A DNA stretch of 64,000 bases from a bacterium BMS3Abin01. Lineage in GTDB: Bacteria > Actinomycetota > Thermoleophilia > BMS3ABIN01. A program made the translations under genes and the position numbers. Below the pieces are notes generated by a model. That model ran no database searches, was not told where the DNA came from, and saw only the letters and a program-made list of their open reading frames with translations. The DNA is taken from NCBI GenBank assembly GCA_002897715.1, contig BDUA01000049.1, positions 5,821-69,820 of the forward strand, written 5' to 3'. Below are positions 19,737 through 28,484 of this stretch, piece by piece. Positions within the stretch are counted from its first letter, which is position 1, and each line of letters starts with the position of its first letter.

Positions 19737-20665
19737 TATTCGCCTCCGGCCGTCGTGAGAAGTATGTCCGGGGTCATGGTGAGGTCCAGTACGATCTTAA
19801 CCGTGACTATCAGAACGACGATGGCGAGCAATATCTTCAGCTGATCGCCCTTGAGCCTTTTACCCAGGAGGGTTCCGGTCTGGGCGCCGATGGTGGAGCC
19901 GGCCAGCAGCAGCACCGCCAGCATGAAGTCCACTGTATGATTGGTGTATGCCTGAAGGAAGGTGACCTCGATGCAGGTGAAGAGGATGAGGAACAGGCTG
20001 GTCCCCACCACCACCCGCATGGGCATCTTCAACAGGTAAACCATCACCGGCACCATGAGGAAGCCGCCGCCCACGCCCATTACTGCCGCCAGGACGCCGA
20101 TGAAGGCCCCGAGGATGACGGGCACTATCGCCGACTGCGTCACTCCCGACTTCTCAAACCGTGTCTGCAGCGGCAGGGACTGGACTATTTTTGCCAACCT
20201 CGAATCTCCCTGAGGCTCCTCCTGCCCCTCCTCCTCCTTGTTCCCCTTCCTGAGGGCCATGAGGCTTTCGATGAACATGTAGGTGCCCACGATGCCCAGC
20301 ATCAGGACATATGTCACCTTGATGACGAAGTCGGCGTTACCCATCTCCCTCAGGAACTTGATCAGCTGGACTCCCAGCAGACCGCCGACGAAGCTGCCGC
20401 AGAGCAGATACAGACCCATGCGGAAATCTATATTGCCCAGACGCCAGTGGGCATATGAGCCCGAGGATGAGGCGCCGACGATCTGGTTGGAGTCGGTCGC
20501 CGCCGCCACCGTGGGCGGGATTCCCACCATCATCAGCAGGGGCGTCATCAGGAAGCCGCCACCGACACCGAACAGCCCGGACATCATGCCTACCAAAAGG
20601 CCCAGCCCGATCGGCAGAAAAATATTGATGCTTGAATGCGCAACAGGTAGATATATATGTAACAT
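19736..20665 (-). CDS. TauE/SafE (TSUP, DUF81) family anion exporter/permease
   Basis: Two internal repeats, each with the motif GLFGVGGGFLMTPLL / VMGVGGGFLMVPVM. 309 aa polytopic membrane protein. Confidence 0.8.
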   Translation of the reverse strand: MLHIYLPVAHSSINIFLPIGLGLLVGMMSGLFGVGGGFLMTPLLMMVGIPPTVAAATDSNQIVGASSSGSYAHWRLGNIDFRMGLYLLCGSFVGGLLGVQLIKFLREMGNADFVIKVTYVLMLGIVGTYMFIESLMALRKGNKEEEGQEEPQGDSRLAKIVQSLPLQTRFEKSGVTQSAIVPVILGAFIGVLAAVMGVGGGFLMVPVMVYLLKMPMRVVVGTSLFLILFTCIEVTFLQAYTNHTVDFMLAVLLLAGSTIGAQTGTLLGKRLKGDQLKILLAIVVLIVTVKIVLDLTMTPDILLTTAGGE

Positions 20666-21090
20666 TACGAGACTTTTCCTCCTTCGACTGTTTTGTTCTG
20701 AATAGACGCCTCGGCCATGGTGACCACTGGCCGGGGCGATAACTTGAGCAACTTGTTGAGTACCTTGCGGGTATGTGTTACCAGCGGGCTCAGCAGAACG
20801 AGATCGATCTTCTCCCTGCTGATTATGTTGCGTACAATTGACGTGGTGGATAGCAGCCCGCTGTGGACCGTTACCTTCACCCCCTCCTTTCTACAGCGTT
20901 CCGAGATGTAGCTCTGGACTTTGGCGGTACCGGTATCGCCTGATGATGAATTCCACCCGGCGCCGTCCCGGTTCATCAGGACCACCCGGAGGCCTTCATG
21001 CAACGCACCGGCAAGATAGATGGCGTAAGAAACCCCATCCTCCAGCGGCTCATCCTTGTATGAGACATACAGAATCTCTTTACCCGACAT
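20665..21090 (-). CDS. USP-like / adenine-nucleotide alpha-hydrolase-like small protein
   Basis: Start moved to the ATG at 21090 (GGAGGTGA 6 nt upstream). The track start at 21120 lies upstream of the predicted sigma54 transcription start. The ILYVSY...IDLVLLSP pattern is USP-like but weak. Confidence 0.45.
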   Translation of the reverse strand: MSGKEILYVSYKDEPLEDGVSYAIYLAGALHEGLRVVLMNRDGAGWNSSSGDTGTAKVQSYISERCRKEGVKVTVHSGLLSTTSIVRNIISREKIDLVLLSPLVTHTRKVLNKLLKLSPRPVVTMAEASIQNKTVEGGKVS

Positions 21091-21115
21091 ACCTATCACC
21101 TCCATAAAGGTATGT

Positions 21116-21131
21116 AGCAAGAATCATGCCA
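21116..21131 (-). promoter_or_regulatory. Sigma54 (-24/-12) promoter of the USP/TauE operon
   Basis: The minus strand reads TGGCATGATTCTTGCT, a full match to TGGCAY-N5-TTGCW. It lies about 25 nt upstream of the RBS and ATG at 21090, and directly downstream of a gene for a GAFTGA-containing bEBP. Confidence 0.7.
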
Positions 21132-21229
21132 AGTGGAAAAGGCCCTGTTAATGAGGTTTACTGCGGGGGGAGTGAAAAAAAGTGTTTCATTTATAAACTA
21201 TCCTGAACACCCTGGGGAGTGTGAACTGC

Positions 21230-22561
21230 CTATTCCTCTTTGAGCATCCTCCACAGGCTGGTCCGGGATATGCCCAAAAGACGCGCAGATTCTGACTTGT
21301 TGCCGCCCAGCATCTCGACCACCGACACCACGTATTCGCGGCTGATCTCGCCGAGGGGCTTGATTCTGTCCGGCCGAAGTGTATCAATCTGGAACATCTT
21401 CAGCGATTGTGGCAGGGAGTCCGGCCCGATATGGGAGCTTTTCTCCAGAATGACGGCCCGTTCGATGATGTTCTCCAGCTCGCGGACATTACCCGGATAG
21501 CTGTATCCTTTGAGGATATCCAGCGCCTCCTTGGTGAAGCCCTTGATATCCTTGCGGTAGCCGGGGGAATGCTTCCCGAGGAAGTAACGGCACAGGGGAA
21601 CGATATCGCCCTTCCTCTCCCTCAGTATGGGAATGAAGATCTCCATGACATTGAGCCGGTAGTAGAGGTCACGGCGAAAGGAGCCGCTGGCGATGGCCCG
21701 GTTGATGTTCTGGTTGGTGGCGGCGACGAACCGCACATCCACCCGTACCGGTTTGGTCCCCCCCACCGGGTAGAATTCCTTATCCTCGATGGCGTTCAGC
21801 AGCTTGGCCTGCAGATTGGGGGAAAGCTCCGCTACCTCGTCCAGGTACAGGGTGCCGCCGTCGGCGATCTCCATCAGACCCTGTTTCCTCGCCAGGGCGC
21901 CGGTAAAGGCCCCCTTCTCGTGGCCGAAAAGCTCACTGGCCAGCAGGTCCTCGGTGAAGGTGGCGCAGTTGAGAGACAGAAAGGGCCGGCCGCGGCGGCC
22001 GCTGGAGTAATGGACTACCTTGGAGATCAGGTTCTTGCCCACGCCGCTCTCTCCGGTGAGCAGCACCGTGCAGTCTGAATCCTGTATGTCCTGCACCATC
22101 TCCAGCACCTTCTTCATGCTGGCGCTCTCGGCGATGACGGTGATGTCCTTCTCCATGTTCAGATACGCCTTGAGGGCCCTGTTCTCTTTCTCCAGGGAGT
22201 TGCGGTCTCTCGCCTTGTTGATCTTCAGCAGGAGTTCGTCCAGATCGAAGGGCTTGGGCAGATAGTCACGGGCGCCCTTCTTCATGGCGGTGACCGCGGA
22301 GCTGATGCTGCCGAAGCCGGTGACGACGATGACGTCCGTCCCGGGAGAGACCTGCTTGACCCGTGACAGCAGTTCCAGCCCGTCCATGCCGGGCATCTTG
22401 ATATCGGCGATGAGCAGATCGAACTCATCGGACTCGATCCTTTTCAGTGCATCCAGGCCGTTACCGGTCCCCTTCACCTCGTAGCCCTCGGCTTCCAGGG
22501 TATCGATGATATGTTTCCTGGCGATCTCTTCGTCTTCGGCCACCAGCACCCGGTAATCCAT
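21230..22561 (-). CDS. Sigma54-dependent response regulator (NtrC family: REC, AAA+, Fis-type HTH)
   Basis: REC domain with DLLIADIKMPGMDG; Walker A GESGVGKN; sigma54-contact loop GAFTGA; C-terminal HTH SARLLGISRTSLWRMLK. Confidence 0.9.
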   Translation of the reverse strand: MDYRVLVAEDEEIARKHIIDTLEAEGYEVKGTGNGLDALKRIESDEFDLLIADIKMPGMDGLELLSRVKQVSPGTDVIVVTGFGSISSAVTAMKKGARDYLPKPFDLDELLLKINKARDRNSLEKENRALKAYLNMEKDITVIAESASMKKVLEMVQDIQDSDCTVLLTGESGVGKNLISKVVHYSSGRRGRPFLSLNCATFTEDLLASELFGHEKGAFTGALARKQGLMEIADGGTLYLDEVAELSPNLQAKLLNAIEDKEFYPVGGTKPVRVDVRFVAATNQNINRAIASGSFRRDLYYRLNVMEIFIPILRERKGDIVPLCRYFLGKHSPGYRKDIKGFTKEALDILKGYSYPGNVRELENIIERAVILEKSSHIGPDSLPQSLKMFQIDTLRPDRIKPLGEISREYVVSVVEMLGGNKSESARLLGISRTSLWRMLKEE

Positions 22562-22562
22562 G

Positions 22563-24134
22563 TCAGCCGGCCTCCCCGGGCAGGTGGATCTCGAATACGG
22601 TCCCCATGCCTTCCTCGCTTACCACGGAGATATCGCCGCCGTGCTGTCTGATGATGTTCATGACGATGGCCAACCCCAGTCCCGTCCCCTTCTCCCGGTT
22701 GGTAAAGAAGGGATCGAAGATCTTCTCCTGGTCCTCCGGAGACATCCCCTTGCCCTTATCCGACACCCATATATTAACCATACCGCTGTTGTGTTCGATC
22801 TTCACCACCAGCGCTCCTTTTCCCTTCATCGCCACGATGGCGTTGGCGAACAGGTTGATGAATACCCTCTCCAGCTGGTTGGGATCGGCGCTGAGCCTCA
22901 CCTCTCCCTCACAATCGACGGCAAAGTCGATGCCGTCGGTATCCATGGTCCTGCTTGCCTGGTCGTAAGCGCTCCCGACCAGGCTGACCAGGTCGGTCTC
23001 CCTCAGCTGCGGCTCGCGTTCCCGGGCGAACTCCAGCAGGTCACCGACGATCCCCCTGACACGCAGGGTCTGGCCGATGATATCGTCCAGGGTCTCCATC
23101 TCCTTGCGGGAAGCCGTAGCCGACATCTGCTTCTTCAGCACCTGGGCGGATATGTTGATATTGTTCAGGGGATTATTGAGTTCGTGCGCCACGCCCGAGG
23201 CCAGGGTGCCTATGGCGGCCAGCTTCTGGGAGCGGATCAGTTCCAGGTTCTTATCCTCCAGCTCCTGCTCCCAGTCGATCAGCTGGTCGTTCATGATACG
23301 CGTCTTCTCCACCAGGATATCCACCTCGTCCATATGACCTCCCGCCCCACGCACCGGCGCCGCGCCGTGGACGAAGTGCTCACCTATCTCCTCCACGGAA
23401 GCGGTCAGCATCTTCAGCCGCCGCACCACCCCGGTGCTTATGAACAGGAGGGTGCCGAGGCCGATGGCCAGGAACAGCGGTACAAACACCAGGATGGCTA
23501 CCTGGGACTGCCTGATGCCGTTTTCCGCGTTGCTCCTGGCGTCCCGGTCGAACTCGTTGGAAATAACGACAATCTCCTCACCGGTGTTCCTGAGCAGCCC
23601 GATGTCCGCATCCAGCTGCTTCAGCTGGACAATGAGGGGATGGTCATCCGCCAGGGACAGCTGTTCCTGCAGAAACGTTGCCACCACCGCCGGCTTGTCA
23701 CGCACGGTCGCCTCCACCAGCGGCATGGCGGCCTCATAGGCCGATGACTCCGCCTCCAGCTCACCCAGTTGCTGCGATACCCGGGACAGCCCGGTTTCCA
23801 CTACCGTGAATTGCCCTTCGTAACGGGCGATAAGCTCTTCCAGGGCAGCGGTCCGGTCCGGTTTTCGCGAGCGCGCTTCTTCCGTAACATCATACAGCTG
23901 GCCGATGTAGTCCCGCGTGGCATCGGACTCTTCCTCGGCGTTTTCCTTAAACAGGAAGAAGTTCTTCTCGTGACGCCGTAGCTGCAACGCCCTGTTCCTG
24001 ATGGAATCGGCGACCTCCAGGAACCTCATCTCGTTTCTGATACTCACGAAATTGACGTACACGAATACGGCCAGCAGGGCGACGATGAAAGCACTGATGA
24101 AGAAACTGACGATTATCTTTTTTCGCAGTGACAT
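22563..24134 (-). CDS. Sensor histidine kinase (2 TM, about 190-aa extracytoplasmic helical sensor, HAMP, HisKA, HATPase)
   Basis: H-box GVAHELNNPLNNI; N and G boxes LFANAI and DKGKGM...GTGLGLAIV. One-nucleotide gap to the downstream regulator gene. Confidence 0.85.
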   Translation of the reverse strand: MSLRKKIIVSFFISAFIVALLAVFVYVNFVSIRNEMRFLEVADSIRNRALQLRRHEKNFFLFKENAEEESDATRDYIGQLYDVTEEARSRKPDRTAALEELIARYEGQFTVVETGLSRVSQQLGELEAESSAYEAAMPLVEATVRDKPAVVATFLQEQLSLADDHPLIVQLKQLDADIGLLRNTGEEIVVISNEFDRDARSNAENGIRQSQVAILVFVPLFLAIGLGTLLFISTGVVRRLKMLTASVEEIGEHFVHGAAPVRGAGGHMDEVDILVEKTRIMNDQLIDWEQELEDKNLELIRSQKLAAIGTLASGVAHELNNPLNNINISAQVLKKQMSATASRKEMETLDDIIGQTLRVRGIVGDLLEFAREREPQLRETDLVSLVGSAYDQASRTMDTDGIDFAVDCEGEVRLSADPNQLERVFINLFANAIVAMKGKGALVVKIEHNSGMVNIWVSDKGKGMSPEDQEKIFDPFFTNREKGTGLGLAIVMNIIRQHGGDISVVSEEGMGTVFEIHLPGEAG

Positions 24135-24254
24135 TCTGACTCATTATAACGGATTCCCCGAAAGCCCGGCCGGCGGCGGTGAGGGAAACCCGCGCGGCAA
24201 CCCACCTGATGAATTCCGACCAATCCCGTCAGGAATGTAGCAGGGAAAAGGGTA

Positions 24255-24283
24255 TTGTCAATAACCGGAAGTCATGATATCAT
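24255..24283 (+). promoter_or_regulatory. Sigma70-type promoter of the small peptide gene
   Basis: TTGTCA (24255-24260), a 17-nt spacer, then TATCAT (24278-24283). The -35 element sits inside the palindrome TATTGTCAATA. Confidence 0.5.
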
Positions 24284-24368
24284 TCCAAATCTCAGCCGAA
24301 GGGTGGGCAAACGTATCGATCTAGCCAGGCTGGGAGACTGGGTAATACCTCAGAAGGGAGGAGTGGGG

Positions 24369-24485
24369 ATGAAGAAAGAGGCATACGAGAAGCCGGTTCT
24401 CATCAAACACGAGAACTTGAAGGAGATTACCTTCGAGTGCCCGAACTGGCAGTGCAGTGTCACTGTACCGCCGCCACCGGCGTAG
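24369..24485 (+). CDS. 38-aa peptide MKKEAYEKPVLIKHENLKEITFECPNWQCSVTVPPPPA (possible RiPP precursor or signalling peptide)
   Basis: ATG at 24369 preceded by GGGAGGAG. It has its own promoter and a strong terminator about 20 nt after the stop. A hydrophilic leader is followed by a C-x4-C / poly-Pro tail. The track lists it inside the longer frame 24255..24485. Confidence 0.55.
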   Translation: MKKEAYEKPVLIKHENLKEITFECPNWQCSVTVPPPPA

Positions 24486-24505
24486 GAATAAAGATTCGAA
24501 TCAAG

Positions 24506-24536
24506 AAAGGACGGCCTTCGGGCCGTCCTTTTTTTA
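24506..24536. terminator. Bidirectional rho-independent terminator (peptide gene on +, hemC on -)
   Basis: AAAGGACGGCC-TTCG-GGCCGTCCTTT is an 11-bp perfect stem. It is followed by TTTTT on the plus strand and preceded by A-run/T-run context on the minus strand. Confidence 0.8.
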
Positions 24537-25487
24537 TTCCGCTCCGGCGGCGTTGACCCTTACCTCTTTCAGGATCTCGTCGCCTCCCGCCGCCAGCATG
24601 CGTTCGGCAAGCTCCACGCCCATATCCTCCGCCTGTTCCCGCGAGCCGTCGATGGCATCGCGGATGGAATTGACGCCATCGACCGAGCCCAGATAGGCCC
24701 GCAGACGCAGCCCCTTGGCCTGCACCGTCGCGTGAGCGCCGATGGGGACCTGGCAGCCTCCTTCCAGCCGTTTCATCAGCGCCCTCTCCGCCCGCACGGC
24801 CACGGCCGCATCATCGTGATTGTGTACCGAAACCAGGTTCCGGACCGCCGGGTCATTGTCCCGGATCTCGATGGCGATGACTCCCTGGCCTACGGCCGGG
24901 ATCATCTCATCGATGGAGAAGTAGAACGCCACTTCCTCCTGGCGCTCCAGACGCTTGATGCCGGCAGCGGCCAGTATGGTCCCGTCCAGTCCCATCTCCT
25001 TGATCTTCCTGATGCGCGTGTCCACATTCCCCCTGATGTCCACCAGCTCCAGGTCCGGGCGCAGCGACAGCAGCTGGGAGCGCCGCCGCAGGCTGCTGGT
25101 GCCGATACGGCCGCCCCGGGGGATATCATCCAGGCCGGTGGCGGCGCCGATGAAGACGTCGCGCGGGTCCTCCCGCGTTCCGTAAGCGGCGACGATCAGC
25201 TCTTCGGGTATGTCGGTGGGCAGGTCCTTGCAACTGTGGACCGCCAGGTCGATATCCTCGGAGAGCAAAGCGTTCTCGATCTCCTTGACAAACAGTCCCA
25301 CTCCGCCGATACGCGCCAGGGGGGCGTCCTGGACCTTGTCGCCCGCGGTGCTTATCTTCCTTATCTTCACCGACAGCTCCACATGGCTCTTCTGCAGCAA
25401 CCACGCCACCGACCTCGCCTGATACATCGCCAGCTGGCTGCCCCGGGTCCCCAGGACCACGTATTTTATTGTAGGCCGGATGCTCAA
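24534..25487 (-). CDS. hemC: Hydroxymethylbilane synthase (porphobilinogen deaminase)
   Basis: LGTRGSQLAMYQA; KISTAGDK; the IRGNVDTRI motif set. Confidence 0.9.
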   Translation of the reverse strand: MSIRPTIKYVVLGTRGSQLAMYQARSVAWLLQKSHVELSVKIRKISTAGDKVQDAPLARIGGVGLFVKEIENALLSEDIDLAVHSCKDLPTDIPEELIVAAYGTREDPRDVFIGAATGLDDIPRGGRIGTSSLRRRSQLLSLRPDLELVDIRGNVDTRIRKIKEMGLDGTILAAAGIKRLERQEEVAFYFSIDEMIPAVGQGVIAIEIRDNDPAVRNLVSVHNHDDAAVAVRAERALMKRLEGGCQVPIGAHATVQAKGLRLRAYLGSVDGVNSIRDAIDGSREQAEDMGVELAERMLAAGGDEILKEVRVNAAGAE

Positions 25488-26776
25488 TCCTTCCTCCGGC
25501 CTCCTTTTCCGGTTCCGTTCAGTCCGAACAGGCGCCGGATAGATTCCACGTACATGTAACCGCCACGCTCATTGGCTGCCTTTTTCAGCTCCACCGTGGG
25601 CGAGTGCAATATCTTGTTGACGATGGCCGACGCCATGGTCTCCACCCGGTTGACCTCCTTCTCCGACAGCGAATCGATCTTCCTCAGCGCCTTCCCCAGC
25701 TCTTCTTCCTTGATGGTCTCCGCCTGCTCCCTGAGGGCGGCGATGGTGGGGATGGCGTCCAGGCCGGCGACCCATTCGCCGAAGCTGTCCACTTCCTCCC
25801 TTATTATTTTCTCCGCCTTCCTGGCTTCCTTCCCGCGCTCCGCCGCATTAGCCGCCGCCACCTCGTTGAGATCATCGATATCGTAGAGAAAAGCGTTATA
25901 GACACTGTTGACGCCGGGGTCGATATCCCGGGGCACGGCGATGTCGATGAAGAAGATGGGCTTGTTGTGCCGTTGCCGCATGGCCCGCTCCACCTCACCC
26001 CGCCGCAGCACATAGTGCGGCGCGCCGGTGGAACTGATGACGATATCGGCGCGGGGCAGGTAGGTGACCAGGTCGTCGAACGGCACCGGTTCGCCGTCGA
26101 ACTTCTCCGCCAGCTCCTCTGCCCGGCCCAGCGTGCGGTTGGAGACCAGGAACCTGCTGACCCCATGCGACGCCAGATGCGTCGCCGTCAGCTCGCTCAT
26201 GGTGCCGGCCCCCAGCAACATGGCAGTACGGCCCTCCAGGTCGTCATAGACCTTCTTCACCATGTCCACCGCCACCGAGGATACCGATACCGGGTTCTCG
26301 CCGATGCGGGTATCGGTCCTGACCCGCTTTCCCACCTCCAGGGCGTGGCGAAACAGGCGGTTCAGCAGTACGCTGGTGGTCTGCTGCCGGTGGGCGGTGC
26401 GGTAGGCCTCCTTCACCTGTCCCAGTATCTGCGCCTCACCCATCACCATGGAATCCAGGCTGGCTACCACCCGGTAGAGGTGGTCCACCGTTTCCGCGCC
26501 CTCATGGAAGTAGATGCAGTCCTCCAGGTCCGACTGGCCGACCCGAGCCGCTCTGGCCAGGCTGACGACGATCTCCCTGCGGCCGACCTCCGGCCGCGAA
26601 GAGACTACGTAGATCTCGGTGCGGTTACAGGTGGACAGGGGTACGACTTCAGTGATAGCGGTCTCATCGAGCAGGTGCTCCGACAACTGGCCGCAGCGCT
26701 CATGGTCAAGGGAGACTTTTTCCCTGAGCTCGACCGGGGCAGACTTGTGATTTATGCCTAGTACCGCGAGATGCAT
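25484..26776 (-). CDS. hemA: Glutamyl-tRNA reductase
   Basis: MHLAVLGINHKSAPVELREK; LSTCNRTEIY; NAD-binding LLGAGTMSE. Confidence 0.9.
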   Translation of the reverse strand: MHLAVLGINHKSAPVELREKVSLDHERCGQLSEHLLDETAITEVVPLSTCNRTEIYVVSSRPEVGRREIVVSLARAARVGQSDLEDCIYFHEGAETVDHLYRVVASLDSMVMGEAQILGQVKEAYRTAHRQQTTSVLLNRLFRHALEVGKRVRTDTRIGENPVSVSSVAVDMVKKVYDDLEGRTAMLLGAGTMSELTATHLASHGVSRFLVSNRTLGRAEELAEKFDGEPVPFDDLVTYLPRADIVISSTGAPHYVLRRGEVERAMRQRHNKPIFFIDIAVPRDIDPGVNSVYNAFLYDIDDLNEVAAANAAERGKEARKAEKIIREEVDSFGEWVAGLDAIPTIAALREQAETIKEEELGKALRKIDSLSEKEVNRVETMASAIVNKILHSPTVELKKAANERGGYMYVESIRRLFGLNGTGKGGRRKD

Positions 26777-27384
26777 TGCTCGATCTCCGCTTGTGCGGCC
26801 TCACGGCCGCTGCTTCGCAAGATGCTCACCAGGTCCAGTTCCGCCAGGCCGGTAAGGCACCGGCGCTTGCGTTCCTCGTCGCCGATACGGGCGATGACCT
26901 CACGGCGGGCAGCGCCCAGTAGCTCCAGCGCCTCCGACCACTCTCCGGGAAACTCCTGCTCCAGCTGCCGGCGCAGCCTTTTGGCCAGCGCCGGCGATTG
27001 CCCGCCCGTGGATACGGTCAACATCAGATCGCCCCGCTGCACGCTGGCGGGGACATAGAAATCACATTGTTCCGGCCGGTCCACCACATTCAGGGGGATA
27101 TCCCCCGCACGCGCCTCGGCCTCCACAGCACGGTTGGTCTGTTCATCATCGGTGGCGGCTATAACCAGGAAGGAACCCTCGAGGTCACCCGGCGCATACA
27201 GCCTGTCGATGTGCTCCAGGCTGCTTTTCAGCTGCTGGAACTCAGGGGCCAGAGCCGGCGCCACCACCCTCAGGCGGGCCCCGCACTCCGCTAACGCCGA
27301 GGCCTTGCGGAAGGCGACCCGGCCGCCGCCGACGATGGTGCACAGCCGCCCGTCCACTTTGAGATTGATGGGATACAGAACCAC
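26758..27384 (-). CDS. sirC: Precorrin-2 dehydrogenase / sirohydrochlorin ferrochelatase (SirC/Met8/CysG-N type)
   Basis: YPINLKVDGRLCTIVGGGRVAFRKA Rossmann N-terminus. About 208 aa, typical of the siroheme synthase N-terminal domain. Confidence 0.75.
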   Translation of the reverse strand: MVLYPINLKVDGRLCTIVGGGRVAFRKASALAECGARLRVVAPALAPEFQQLKSSLEHIDRLYAPGDLEGSFLVIAATDDEQTNRAVEAEARAGDIPLNVVDRPEQCDFYVPASVQRGDLMLTVSTGGQSPALAKRLRRQLEQEFPGEWSEALELLGAARREVIARIGDEERKRRCLTGLAELDLVSILRSSGREAAQAEIEQCISRY

Positions 27385-27406
27385 AGCTGATCCTATCGGC
27401 TTGCTT

Positions 27407-28468
27407 CTATGTCGGTGTGTAGCTATGCAGCCCTGACAGCAGCAGGTTTACGCCCAGATAGGTGAACATGACCGCCACCAGTCCGATGACAGCCAGTATG
27501 GCGGAGTGCTTGCCGCGCCACCCCATGGTGAGCCGCGTATGCAGGTAGGCGCCATAATAAAGCCAGGTGATGAAGGACCAGGTCTCCTTGGGATCCCAGC
27601 CCCACCAGCGCCCCCAGGCCTGGTCGGCCCAGATGGCTCCGGTGATGATGCCGATGGTGAGTAGCGGAAAACCGAAAGCGATGGCACGATAGCTCACTTC
27701 ATCCAGCACGTCCAGAGACGGCAGCCGCTTGGAGAAGCCGGGACGGGACGCACCCTTTCCGGCCACAAACCCCAGGATGGCGCCGATGAGCAGGCCGAAA
27801 CCGGCCCCGCCCAGTATCTTGGCCGTATCCTCACCGGTATATATCTTGTCTATCCGGCCCAGTTCATCGGCCACTTTGGCCGGCTCGGCCCACACGGACC
27901 CGGCCCACAGCCCCAGAACGATTCCCAGCGCCGCCAGGAGGATGACAAAGGCGGCCACCACATTCTGGTATTGCTTCTTTAACAGATACTCCTGCACGAT
28001 GTAGAAGAACCCGGCGCCGAAGGCCAGGGCGAACAGGCCGTATGAGAGCATGGCGATAGTCACATGGATCCAGAGCCAGTAGCTCTGCAGCGCCGGGACC
28101 AGGGGCTGCGGCCCTTCGTAGAAGACCCCGGCAACGCTGGTAATGAGGAACGCCGTCGGCACCACCAGGGAACCTGCCACCTTGACCGGATAGAAATGCT
28201 GGGCGATAAGGAAGAACAGCACGATACCCCAGCCGAACAGCGACAGCGATTCGTACAGGTTGGCCATGGGAGCGTGACCGGAACTGACCCACCTCAGCAT
28301 CAGGGCGATGGTATGTGCCGCCAGCCCGAGGACCAGGATAATCGTCCCCAGCTTCACAGCCCGGTCGCTCCTGGTGATCAGATACCAGATATATAGAAAG
28401 CTGCTTACCAGGTAGGAGACTACCGCGACTATAAAGAGTATCTCTTCGAGCTTGATTAGTGGATCCAT
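27407..28468 (-). CDS. ccsA: System II cytochrome c biogenesis protein CcsA/ResC
   Basis: Trp-rich heme-handling motif WGRWWGWDPKETW. Polytopic membrane protein adjacent to resB. Confidence 0.85.
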   Translation of the reverse strand: MDPLIKLEEILFIVAVVSYLVSSFLYIWYLITRSDRAVKLGTIILVLGLAAHTIALMLRWVSSGHAPMANLYESLSLFGWGIVLFFLIAQHFYPVKVAGSLVVPTAFLITSVAGVFYEGPQPLVPALQSYWLWIHVTIAMLSYGLFALAFGAGFFYIVQEYLLKKQYQNVVAAFVILLAALGIVLGLWAGSVWAEPAKVADELGRIDKIYTGEDTAKILGGAGFGLLIGAILGFVAGKGASRPGFSKRLPSLDVLDEVSYRAIAFGFPLLTIGIITGAIWADQAWGRWWGWDPKETWSFITWLYYGAYLHTRLTMGWRGKHSAILAVIGLVAVMFTYLGVNLLLSGLHSYTPT

Positions 28469-28484
28469 CTGTCATGGCCTCCTG

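Noticed and set aside
24140-24368. A sigma54 promoter for the small peptide gene, expected because of the adjacent NtrC-type activator.
   Set aside because: No GG-N10-GC element with acceptable flanks was found. The closest, TGGGCAAACGTATCGA, has the wrong spacing. A sigma70-type TTGTCA-N17-TATCAT fits instead.
24369-24485. Classifying the 38-aa peptide as a canonical lasso peptide precursor.
   Set aside because: The predicted core ECPNWQCSVTVPPPPA has no Asp/Glu at positions 7-9 for macrolactam formation and begins with Glu. No B (protease/RRE) or C (cyclase) genes occur in the window.
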